In this document: in pieces, positions 8,669 through 15,984 of the stretch
Layout of the letters: each line of letters starts with the position of its first letter
Numbering within the stretch: the stretch's first letter is position 1
Assembly: GCF_000148385.1 (NCBI RefSeq)
Contig: NC_014537.1
Location: 420,001-452,000, forward strand
From: Vulcanisaeta distributa DSM 14429
GTDB taxonomy: Archaea > Thermoproteota > Thermoprotei > Thermoproteales > Thermocladiaceae
Direction of reading: 5' to 3'
DNA: 32,000 bases
The notes under the pieces: model-generated
Told to the model about the DNA's origin: nothing
Database searches by the model: none
Seen by the model: only the letters and a program-made list of their open reading frames with translations
Position numbers and translations under genes: made by a program

Positions 8669-9575
8669 TGGGCATCACCTGGGTCACGTTAACCCAAAGT
8701 TGCACGTACTTACCGGTGTAGACGAGGGTTAGGTTGCTTGGGCTGTACATCCACAGCTCACCAATTATCCTGTAGGTGCCCGTTGAGTTAATGCTAAGCG
8801 TCAGTGGCTCAATCCAGGACTCATTATTCAGGAGGACCCTCTGGAAAACCATGATTGGCGTCTGGTTGAGGGGTGGTTGGGCCACCGTGTTGTTGGTCAC
8901 GAACACCCTCACCACGAACCAGGTGGGTACGCCCATGTGGTTGTACACGTATATGTAGAGGCTTATTGGTTGGCCCACGACAACGGTGCTTGGGTAATCA
9001 CCGAGCTTACCCGTGGGCCCCAGAAGCCCAATGGCGGAGAAGGGCTGGGTATAACCACTCACTATTGACTGGGCTGTTAGGAATACGATCAGTATTATCA
9101 CGATGGATAGAGCCACGGCAACCACCTCCTCACTGAAGATGAACGTCCTGGGCCTACCAGGGCCACCACCCCTAACCCTATTGCCGCCCCTAACCCTTAG
9201 CCATATTAAGCCTATCAACTCACGCCTCTTGACGTAGAACATGACACTTAACGCTACGACCCCAGCTACAACAACGGCCTTAATGACGATACCCACCATG
9301 TACCAAAGCCTTGCACCGGGGATTAGGGACTGAGCCCTGGCGACTATGCTGCCTATGACCGTGGATGCATTACCCACCTGGCCTGAGGCCTCAAGGCTTA
9401 TTGCATTGTTTAGTTCATTGACGAGTGACGTGGTGTTAACGCCCAACCTGCTCAGTTCGACTATGTATTGGTATGCCGTCAATGCACCTAACTGCTGGGC
9501 ATGCAGGGCGATCCCCAGCGCCGTAAGTAATAGGACCAGTAGTAATAGGTATCGATAGCTCACTTGACCAACCAC
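8661..9575 (-). CDS. Membrane-anchored surface protein with DUF1616-type ectodomain-like C-terminus
   Basis: 304-aa ORF with an N-terminal anchor, a helical head, two TM helices, and a basic loop (RVRGGNRVRGGGPGRPR). The C-terminal beta domain, IGLLGPTGKLGDYPSTVVVGQPISLYIYVYNHMGVPTWFVVRVFV, resembles the C-terminal half of full-length DUF1616 proteins. 8-nt overlap with the next gene. Confidence 0.55.
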   Translation of the reverse strand: MVGQVSYRYLLLLVLLLTALGIALHAQQLGALTAYQYIVELSRLGVNTTSLVNELNNAISLEASGQVGNASTVIGSIVARAQSLIPGARLWYMVGIVIKAVVVAGVVALSVMFYVKRRELIGLIWLRVRGGNRVRGGGPGRPRTFIFSEEVVAVALSIVIILIVFLTAQSIVSGYTQPFSAIGLLGPTGKLGDYPSTVVVGQPISLYIYVYNHMGVPTWFVVRVFVTNNTVAQPPLNQTPIMVFQRVLLNNESWIEPLTLSINSTGTYRIIGELWMYSPSNLTLVYTGKYVQLWVNVTQVMPSG

Positions 9576-9934
9576 CTATACTGTACGGGTCTATTAAGCC
9601 ACTGCAGCCCCGCAATTATTGGGTTTCCGAACCCACCCAGCCTAATTCCAATGACGTAGGCAATGAAGGACAACCTCCTAACCACGGTGTTGATAAGCAC
9701 GTCAATGATCACATCCCTAAGCATGTTCACCAACATGGTTGACCTGATAATGAAGCCAGACCTCAAATACGCTATGGCCACGTCAATTAGGGCCCTCCTG
9801 AACGGGTTAACCCTCCACCAGGACCCATACCTAATGGCCAGGGTCCTTACGTGGGTTAGGATGGGTAGGCTAATTTCCCTCACATACCTCGTGAGGAACT
9901 CCCTGACCAATTTAATCACATTATGATCAATCAT
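9560..9934 (-). CDS. Hypothetical basic protein, first gene of the MoxR operon
   Basis: 124-aa ORF with an ATG start. A TATA-like box is centred ~26 nt upstream, and the ORF overlaps the next gene by 16 nt. The opposite strand is also open (9663-9926). Operon polarity and the promoter favour the minus strand. No family recognised. Confidence 0.45.
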   Translation of the reverse strand: MIDHNVIKLVREFLTRYVREISLPILTHVRTLAIRYGSWWRVNPFRRALIDVAIAYLRSGFIIRSTMLVNMLRDVIIDVLINTVVRRLSFIAYVIGIRLGGFGNPIIAGLQWLNRPVQYRWLVK

Positions 9935-9955
9935 TCAACGCTATAAACCAGGGAG

Positions 9956-9965
9956 TAAAATAAAG
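9956..9965 (-). promoter_or_regulatory. TATA-box-like element for the 9934->2176 operon
   Basis: The minus strand reads ctttatttta, centred ~26 nt upstream of the ATG at 9934. It lies inside the 33-nt gap after the flippase stop. This spacing fits a leaderless crenarchaeal transcript. Confidence 0.4.
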
Positions 9966-9967
9966 CT

Positions 9968-11446
9968 TTACTCACCCATTTCAGTGAATGGCATTAACAG
10001 TGGCCTTACGAGACCTGGTAATTGATCAATGACAGACCTGGGTATTGGCCTCATGATGTAAGTTACTAGGACAGTCACGATAAATATGGCCAACTGGTAT
10101 AAGGGCCAGGAATCAATTATTAATATGTATGACAATGCACCAGCAATAGAAAGGAACAGGTACGTGGTGACGTTCACCGCAATATCGCGGGTGTGGGGGT
10201 TCCCGCCTATGAGTAGGTAGATGATGAGTGGGGCTAACGAGCCTAGATACGCCGCAATTATGACGGAGTAGAGGCCCAGGCCCCTGTCAATAATTAATAA
10301 CGTCAGTGCCGAGGCTACATTCACAGCGATACCCACCGAGGAGACCTCAAGGGCGACCCAGCCCCTGCCGGATACCCAGTAGTACATTGAGTATATCGAG
10401 TTCACAGAACCCAGTACCGCAGTGCCGAATAAGGCGATGCCGTACGGTATTGCCTCGACGTAATCGCCATGAATGATGCCGAGCAGCGGCAGTAATGGCG
10501 CCGCCAGTATTGCCCCGGTGGCTAGGACGCCGCTCACGGATATCGCAGCCACCGTGTAATCACGAATCAAGTGGTGCCTATCCGTGAGGCCGGAACCCAA
10601 TGCGTGGGCCACCCTACTCCCGAACACGTTTGTCACGGCCCCTCCCAATGCCGTAATGGCCCCCAGCATGTAACCCGCAAGGCTGTATAGGGCAACGTAT
10701 GTGGTACCAATGAAGGAGTAAATCACGTACGTAATCACGTAACCACTAACTGAACTCAGGTAACCGAGTAGCCAATTCTGGATCCCAAGGCCTAGGTAGC
10801 CCCTGAAACCCCTCTTAATCAATGCAACGCCCCTACCTGGGTTAACGAAGTGCCTGACAATGGCTAAGTAATAGGCCAGGGTTGCTAATTGGCCCATTGC
10901 CATCCCAATCACTATTGCATAAACACTCCTGAGTAGCACCAGTAGGGCTATCTCAATGCTCCTAAAGGTTATATTGCCCACGATACCGCCCATTCCCTGG
11001 GAAGCCAACCTACCGGTCATCCATAGATACGCTGATAATGCGCCGTTTATTCCAGCGGTGACCACATATGCCGCATAAACAAGGACGAGGCCCATGTACC
11101 CACTGGGTATCCTGGTGATCAGGTATAGTGGTATTGCTATTATCAACGCCGCGGCGTAGAGTGTCGAGACGGTTAGGGAGATGGTTAGTAACGCGGCGTA
11201 GTGATCATCAATGCCTAAGCCCCTTGAGTGGAGCATGGCGCCCTCCCTGGCTATGGCGGCGTCGATACCGAGGGTTGGGAAGAAGAGTCCGATCATCCCC
11301 ATCATGGCCATTAACGTGTTGAAATAACCGTATTGAATCAGCGGTATGAACCTGGTGAGTAGGATTACGTAGGCCAGGGCGAACACGTAGTTAATGGCCG
11401 TGTATAGGTATCCAAAGACCACGCCACTGACTGGCGATTCCTTCAT
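9968..11446 (-). CDS. MOP-superfamily polysaccharide/oligosaccharide flippase (Wzx-like)
   Basis: 492-aa ORF with ~12-14 predicted TM helices and no soluble domain. Its size and topology are typical of 'polysaccharide biosynthesis protein' flippases, and it resembles the second copy at 26288-27778. Confidence 0.7.
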   Translation of the reverse strand: MKESPVSGVVFGYLYTAINYVFALAYVILLTRFIPLIQYGYFNTLMAMMGMIGLFFPTLGIDAAIAREGAMLHSRGLGIDDHYAALLTISLTVSTLYAAALIIAIPLYLITRIPSGYMGLVLVYAAYVVTAGINGALSAYLWMTGRLASQGMGGIVGNITFRSIEIALLVLLRSVYAIVIGMAMGQLATLAYYLAIVRHFVNPGRGVALIKRGFRGYLGLGIQNWLLGYLSSVSGYVITYVIYSFIGTTYVALYSLAGYMLGAITALGGAVTNVFGSRVAHALGSGLTDRHHLIRDYTVAAISVSGVLATGAILAAPLLPLLGIIHGDYVEAIPYGIALFGTAVLGSVNSIYSMYYWVSGRGWVALEVSSVGIAVNVASALTLLIIDRGLGLYSVIIAAYLGSLAPLIIYLLIGGNPHTRDIAVNVTTYLFLSIAGALSYILIIDSWPLYQLAIFIVTVLVTYIMRPIPRSVIDQLPGLVRPLLMPFTEMGE

Positions 11447-11528
11447 ACAGTGGTGTTGCTAAGTCTTGAATTGTGATGGTGTTTTTAATGATTACCAATG
11501 ATATTCCCTAAGATCTTAACTAAAGGCC

Positions 11529-11536
11529 CTATAAGG
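11529..11536 (+). promoter_or_regulatory. TATA-box-like element for the thermopsin-like gene
   Basis: ctataagg, with the tataa core at 11530-11534, lies ~28 nt upstream of the ATG at 11560. Confidence 0.4.
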
Positions 11537-11559
11537 AGTGCGCATCATTCACACCCTGG

Positions 11560-13866
11560 ATGAGGTATGTAATTGCGGTAGTGCTGGCTCTAGTTATGGC
11601 CATCTTATTGGCCAGCGTAGCCCATGCGCTGCCGATGACGGTCGAGCCGCCGGCCAACGGCGCCTGTTGGGGTGTGTGGAACGTGACAATACTTCCAGGC
11701 CAATACCTATTAATTCATGCACTTAGTAATAATTACAGCCTATACGTATTCACTCCGGGACAATACAGTGGGTGGGCGTCAGGTGAGGAGGCCTACGCCG
11801 TGTATGCCCAGAACGTAACTGGTGGTGCCGCCTACGTAATCCCCATGCCGCAGGGCCAGTACTCAGTGGTTCTATACCCAACGCCGTGCGGTGTTGGTGT
11901 CGACGCGATTGTTAGGGTTGTTTACCAGCCTGGGGTTGGCATGGCGTCCCTGGGGCCATTGATAACTAATGAGTTGCTGGCGTACGTGAACTTAACCGAG
12001 TACCAACCCGGCAACCCCATCAACATAGCCCTCGGCTCCCTGGTGGTGAGTCACCATTATTACGAGACCACCGAGTACTGGGTTGAGGAAGTCCTCAGCG
12101 CTTTTAATGGTGATTTCCTATTAACGATTTACGTAATTAACGTCACAAATCGTGAACCTCAGGCCGTAGGTACCGCATCGATTAAGTTAGGGCGCGTTGA
12201 GATTCCGTGCGCCCTGTACTTGCTGGTTATGGTGAATATAACCAATGGGGACGCGGCAGTTTGGTTGGGCTATGCGGTGATAGAGAATGGGACCCATTAT
12301 AATGAGCCGGCGATTAATTGGGCTTATGGAATGCCGCTGGGCCCCGCCACCGAGGTGGTCATAGCCATGAACCCATACCTAGCCACACCCAGTGGTTATT
12401 CCTACGACTCAGAACTAATAATTGGCAATGGGCTGGGCACTGCCCAGCCATTTAATGCGCAGATGGCGCTTCTTTATTGGAATGGTGAGTCCTTCATGCC
12501 CGTCACGAATACGTACAACTTCGCCATCAACATGAACTTAACGTCAACGTACCTAACCACGGCCATGTGCGGTGGACTGCCCTGTGTCACAAGCGGTGAG
12601 CCGAATTACGGGCAGTTGGGCGCCTTCAATGCGTTAAGCGTCCCAATGACCTACGTGGAGTGGGAGGGACTGGGTGGGGCGGTTCATAGTACGTACATAA
12701 CGAGCCCCATAAACATAACCTACCCACGAACCACGGAGCCGGCGCCCGGAGTCCTAATGAGACTCACCGGCGTATGGGTCATGACCAACGGGTCTTGGGA
12801 ATTCCTGAACACCACCAGCGTTGAGGTCACACCATCAGGCACGCCCAGGGCTGTGTTTATAAGGCCCGGCTACTCCACGTACTACCTCATCTCAATAATG
12901 AGTGCGGGCCGAATAAACGTCAATGGGTCCCTAGTCAATAACTACACTGGGTGGGTTAGGGCTGGCTCCGTCATCAACATAACCGCAGCCCCGAATTACC
13001 TGGGCAACGGGACCAGGCTACTACCCGTTAACGGCTCACCACTGTTAATTACCGTGGATAAGCCAATGAACATAACCATTAACTGGGTTAAGCAGTACCT
13101 AATTACTATAGGTAGTGAGTACCCAATTGACGTGAATGGCACCATAACCACGAACTACACCAATTGGGTGAACGCGTGTAGCCGCATCACGGTTAACGCG
13201 AGTGCCTACTACATGGGCAACGGCGTTAGGTACGTGGCGACCAACGGGACGGGTACTTACGAGGTCTGCAGCCCCATGAGGATCACCGTGGGGTGGACAA
13301 ACCAGTACCTAGTAGTATTGACAAGCCCAGTGCCCATCCTGGTGAATGGTGTCGAGACCATGAACTACACGGGGTGGCTCACCAATGGAACCAGCCTAGT
13401 AATTACCGTACCCAGGTATTACTACCTTGGTAATTCAACGAGGCTTGTAATTAAGTCCCCAGTTAACGGTACCGTAATAATAACAGGGCCAACCCACATA
13501 AACATAACCGGGTCCCCACAATACCTAGTGGTTATTAGGAGTCCATTGCCGATAATGATCAATGGAACGAAAACAACGAACTACGTAGTATGGGTATGGC
13601 CAGGCTCAGTAATCAGGCTGTCAATACCCAGGTACCAGGTGCTGCCCAACCTAACCCTCGCCATCGCCTCATCAATCAGCGTCAATGAGCGTGAGTACCC
13701 ACTACGGGGCAATACCATACTGGCCATTGATTCGCCAATGTACGTTACCGTGAATTACCATGACTACTACACGGTATACCTAGTGATTCTACTCACGGCA
13801 TTAGTGGCGTTATTGATAATGAGATTTAGGGGTAATGGACGGGGTAATGACGTGACTACTGTATGA
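11560..13866 (+). CDS. Secreted, membrane-anchored thermopsin-like (peptidase A5 family-like) glycoprotein with four C-terminal tandem repeats
   Basis: 768-aa ORF with a signal peptide (MRYVIAVVLALVMAILLASVAHA). Residues ~122-350 carry blocks that match my recollection of Sulfolobus thermopsin: GVGMASLGP..LITNELLAYVNLTEY, TEYWVEEV, AAVWLGYAVIENG, GYSYDSELIIGNGLG. There are roughly 28 N-X-S/T sequons by hand count. A C-terminal TM helix (YLVILLTALVALLIM) is followed by a basic tail. Confidence 0.6.
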   Translation: MRYVIAVVLALVMAILLASVAHALPMTVEPPANGACWGVWNVTILPGQYLLIHALSNNYSLYVFTPGQYSGWASGEEAYAVYAQNVTGGAAYVIPMPQGQYSVVLYPTPCGVGVDAIVRVVYQPGVGMASLGPLITNELLAYVNLTEYQPGNPINIALGSLVVSHHYYETTEYWVEEVLSAFNGDFLLTIYVINVTNREPQAVGTASIKLGRVEIPCALYLLVMVNITNGDAAVWLGYAVIENGTHYNEPAINWAYGMPLGPATEVVIAMNPYLATPSGYSYDSELIIGNGLGTAQPFNAQMALLYWNGESFMPVTNTYNFAINMNLTSTYLTTAMCGGLPCVTSGEPNYGQLGAFNALSVPMTYVEWEGLGGAVHSTYITSPINITYPRTTEPAPGVLMRLTGVWVMTNGSWEFLNTTSVEVTPSGTPRAVFIRPGYSTYYLISIMSAGRINVNGSLVNNYTGWVRAGSVINITAAPNYLGNGTRLLPVNGSPLLITVDKPMNITINWVKQYLITIGSEYPIDVNGTITTNYTNWVNACSRITVNASAYYMGNGVRYVATNGTGTYEVCSPMRITVGWTNQYLVVLTSPVPILVNGVETMNYTGWLTNGTSLVITVPRYYYLGNSTRLVIKSPVNGTVIITGPTHINITGSPQYLVVIRSPLPIMINGTKTTNYVVWVWPGSVIRLSIPRYQVLPNLTLAIASSISVNEREYPLRGNTILAIDSPMYVTVNYHDYYTVYLVILLTALVALLIMRFRGNGRGNDVTTV
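12880..13764 (+). repeat. Four in-frame tandem repeats of ~70-72 codons inside the thermopsin-like gene
   Basis: Repeat units start at 12880 (YYLISIMSAGRINVNGS), 13093 (QYLITIGSEYPIDVNGT), 13303 (QYLVVLTSPVPILVNGV) and 13519 (QYLVVIRSPLPIMINGT). Each continues x-NYT-x-W-V...I-x-ITV/NAS...YLGNGTR-like...ITV/INW. The periods are 213, 210 and 216 nt. Confidence 0.8.
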
Positions 13867-13912
13867 GCATTACACAGACACATTAACGCCAGCGATAAAA
13901 CCAACCTCAACA

Positions 13913-13918
13913 TTTATA
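13913..13918 (+). promoter_or_regulatory. Canonical TATA box (TTTATA) for the 42-codon sORF
   Basis: tttata at 13913-13918 is centred ~25 nt upstream of the ATG at 13941. Confidence 0.45.
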
Positions 13919-13940
13919 GGGAGAAACCAACAGTTAATTT

Positions 13941-14069
13941 ATGGATACCGAGACCATCGAGAAACCATCGCCCAAGCCCACCGCTGAGGATCATGTGAGT
14001 GTAAGCTATGAAGATTACTTAAGACCTTTAGTTAAAGCAGTTAAGGCCAAATTAGCCCTGATTCCTTAA
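13941..14069 (+). CDS. Small ORF, 42 aa, unknown function
   Basis: ATG..TAA, translating to MDTETIEKPSPKPTAEDHVSVSYEDYLRPLVKAVKAKLALIP. It is below the 60-aa cut-off of the supplied track. It has a canonical TATA at -25 and sits in otherwise unassigned DNA between two + strand genes. The acidic N-terminus and amphipathic basic C-terminus look protein-like. Confidence 0.35.
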   Translation: MDTETIEKPSPKPTAEDHVSVSYEDYLRPLVKAVKAKLALIP

Positions 14070-14082
14070 GTGAGGGCTTCAC

Positions 14083-15165
14083 GTGCCTTTGCGTTTAAAC
14101 GCCGTGTTGAGTTGTGATAAGGCTAATAAGGGGGAGGGTGGGGTTTGTGTCGTGGGGAGGGTTAGGCTGGGCTTTGCTAATTTAACGATTGAATTCGTTG
14201 ATAGGGACCTCGCTCTCAAACTCATTGATGAATGGGCCGAGAAAAGCACCTTCCCAGTCCAAGTCATCTATGGGCCGGAGGGCTGCGGTAAGACGGCTTG
14301 GCTCCTACAATCCATTGAATTGCTTAAAGACCATGGTTTTGAGGTTGTTTATGTGAATCCAATCAATAGGCTTGCCTTTGCTGAGGTAAGCATTAACAGC
14401 CTTAGGGAGGAGTTCTTCAAGCTGGTTAAGGAGGCTATTGCACAGAGTGCGTTGGCTAGAATCGCATGGATAGCCTATAATGTGGTTTATGACGTAATCA
14501 AGGCGACCAGGGGCAAGGTAGCCGTGATAGTCGACGACGCGTTTCAAGTCATTGGCGTCAAGGAATCAGCCCTATACGTAAAGGCACTACTCAACCTAAT
14601 CGAGTACCCACCCGAGCACTACGAGAAAATAGTAACGATAGCCGCAACCAGTGAAGGTGTCTCGAGGTATGAAATTGGCAGGCACAGATGGGCGAGCATA
14701 AGGATCATGTGGAACATGCCGAAGGAAGGCTTTAGGCAATTATACGAGCAATTACCGGGCGGGAAACCACCATTCGAGGAGGTTTGGCGAATAACCGGTG
14801 GAAATCCGGCAATGCTAGAGAGCCTCTATAGGGTGGGTTGGAGCGCGGAGAGGGTGCTGAGGGAAATCATCGCCAGGAAAAACCTCCACACATTCACGTC
14901 GTCGCTGGGCCCAGGCGATAGGGAGGTGTTGGTTAGGGCTTTGGAGGATCCAGACGCACTCATGAGCAGGGAGGGGATACCACTAATGAATAGGCTAATC
15001 GAGCTAAACCTCATAATCAACGTACCACCGTGGAGAGATGAATACCTGTGGGTAGACCAACCACCGCCGGAGAAGGATGAGGAACTGGGCATTGGAAAGT
15101 ACGTAGCATGGCAATCACCACTGCATAGGGAGGCGGTTAGGAGGGTGTTGGGAATGCCTGGGTAA
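14083..15165 (+). CDS. 'Archaeal ATPase' family P-loop NTPase (AAA+-related STAND-like paralog family)
   Basis: ORF with Walker A VIYGPEGCGKTAWLLQ, Walker B KVAVIVDDAF, and an N-terminal FVDRDLALKLIDEW typical of this family. The track start is GTG at 14083. An in-frame GTG at 14152 lies ~26 nt downstream of ctaataag (14123-14130), is a plausible leaderless start, and would give 337 aa. Confidence 0.8.
   Translation: MPLRLNAVLSCDKANKGEGGVCVVGRVRLGFANLTIEFVDRDLALKLIDEWAEKSTFPVQVIYGPEGCGKTAWLLQSIELLKDHGFEVVYVNPINRLAFAEVSINSLREEFFKLVKEAIAQSALARIAWIAYNVVYDVIKATRGKVAVIVDDAFQVIGVKESALYVKALLNLIEYPPEHYEKIVTIAATSEGVSRYEIGRHRWASIRIMWNMPKEGFRQLYEQLPGGKPPFEEVWRITGGNPAMLESLYRVGWSAERVLREIIARKNLHTFTSSLGPGDREVLVRALEDPDALMSREGIPLMNRLIELNLIINVPPWRDEYLWVDQPPPEKDEELGIGKYVAWQSPLHREAVRRVLGMPG
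14123..14130 (+). promoter_or_regulatory. Possible TATA-like element for the ATPase gene (internal-start model)
   Basis: ctaataag is centred ~26 nt upstream of the in-frame GTG at 14152. Confidence 0.3.
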
Positions 15166-15442
15166 TGGTTAATCGTTGTCAACGACCACACCGCAATACA
15201 CACTCAATATAAGTATTTAAGGGAGTTGACGAGTAGAATCGAGAACCTAAGGCAAAGGATAAGGTGGAGCAACGAATTGGAAAACGCACTAAACGAGTTA
15301 AGAAGGGCCATTAAGTGAATGGGGATCAACACCCAACAACTGAATGGTGGCAGGGGCGTGCCTACTGCAAACGAAGCCGTCTAAGGCATCTGTAACCAAC
15401 CGAAAACACGCCCGCCTAAACCAACGATGCGCACGGCTCAGG

Positions 15443-15450
15443 TTTATTAA
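15443..15450 (+). promoter_or_regulatory. TATA-box-like element for the PaREP1-family gene
   Basis: tttattaa is centred ~25 nt upstream of the GTG start at 15472. Confidence 0.45.
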
Positions 15451-15471
15451 GCCCCGCATTCCTTTAACACC

Positions 15472-15984
15472 GTGGGCGTGATCATTGAGCTACCCGAGCC
15501 ACTGGCCAGGGAGATCACCAGGCTCGGGGTTGACGTCGAGGGCTTCGTCATAGACAGCGTGTCGGCAGGGCTCAACCCAGACCCAAGCACGGAGATCGAA
15601 ACACACCTAGAACTAGCCAACAAGTACCTAAACGAGGGCAGGAACCTCATCAACAAAGACCCCGTGCAGGCCAGCGAGAAGCTCTACAAGGCAGCCGAGG
15701 AAGCCATCAAGGCACTGGCAATAACCCTAAACCTAGATGAAGCAAAGGCGGCTAGGGAGCAGGGCAGGTGGACCGCCGCATTACTCTTTAGTGCTGTTGA
15801 CTCAATAAGCGATAGGCTCGGTAGGGAGGAGGTTAGGCTTTGGTGGAGGGTGGCCCGGTTCCTGCACGTGGAGGGGTTTCACGAAGCCAGGCTGAAGCCA
15901 AGCCAGGTGATGAGGGACTTAAAGCACGTGGAAGCCCTCGTAAAGCTAGCCCAGGAACACGCACAAGGCAGGCATGGCCAATAA
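15472..15984 (+). CDS. PaREP1-family protein (HEPN-superfamily-like helical protein)
   Basis: 170-aa ORF. The blocks VQASEKLYKAAEEAIKALA...GRWTAALLFSAVDSISDRLG...LWWRVARFLHVEGFHEARL match the conserved core I recall for the Pyrobaculum PaREP1 repeat-protein family. RVARFLH fits an Rx4-6H HEPN-type motif. Confidence 0.75.
   Translation: MGVIIELPEPLAREITRLGVDVEGFVIDSVSAGLNPDPSTEIETHLELANKYLNEGRNLINKDPVQASEKLYKAAEEAIKALAITLNLDEAKAAREQGRWTAALLFSAVDSISDRLGREEVRLWWRVARFLHVEGFHEARLKPSQVMRDLKHVEALVKLAQEHAQGRHGQ

Noticed and set aside
1385-9136. Numerous 60-117-aa ORFs lie antisense to, or out of frame within, the large minus-strand genes (e.g. 1385-1600, 1555-1776, 2629-2982, 3976-4170, 4712-5029, 6580-6774, 6843-7034, 7302-7496, 7624-7848, 7888-8103, 8776-9136).
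   Set aside because: Each is fully embedded in a longer ORF that carries recognisable family motifs. Their translations are low-complexity and rich in Arg/Pro/Ser/Thr, typical of shadow frames in GC-rich coding DNA.
9663-9926. An 87-aa + strand ORF lies opposite the 124-aa gene at 9560-9934.
   Set aside because: Both strands are open here. The minus-strand ORF has a TATA-like box at -26, an ATG start, and a 16-nt coupling overlap with the downstream operon gene, whereas the + ORF has none of these. The call remains uncertain.
11538-11726. A 62-aa ORF starts 22 nt upstream of the thermopsin-like gene in another frame.
   Set aside because: It overlaps the signal-peptide region of a 768-aa ORF, it would start only ~5 nt after the TATA box, and its translation is not protein-like.
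14079-15203. Minus-strand ORFs 14079-14267, 14305-14547 and 14826-15203 lie opposite the ATPase gene.
   Set aside because: They are embedded antisense to an ORF with clear Walker A/B motifs. Their translations are Ser/Leu-rich and carry no motifs.
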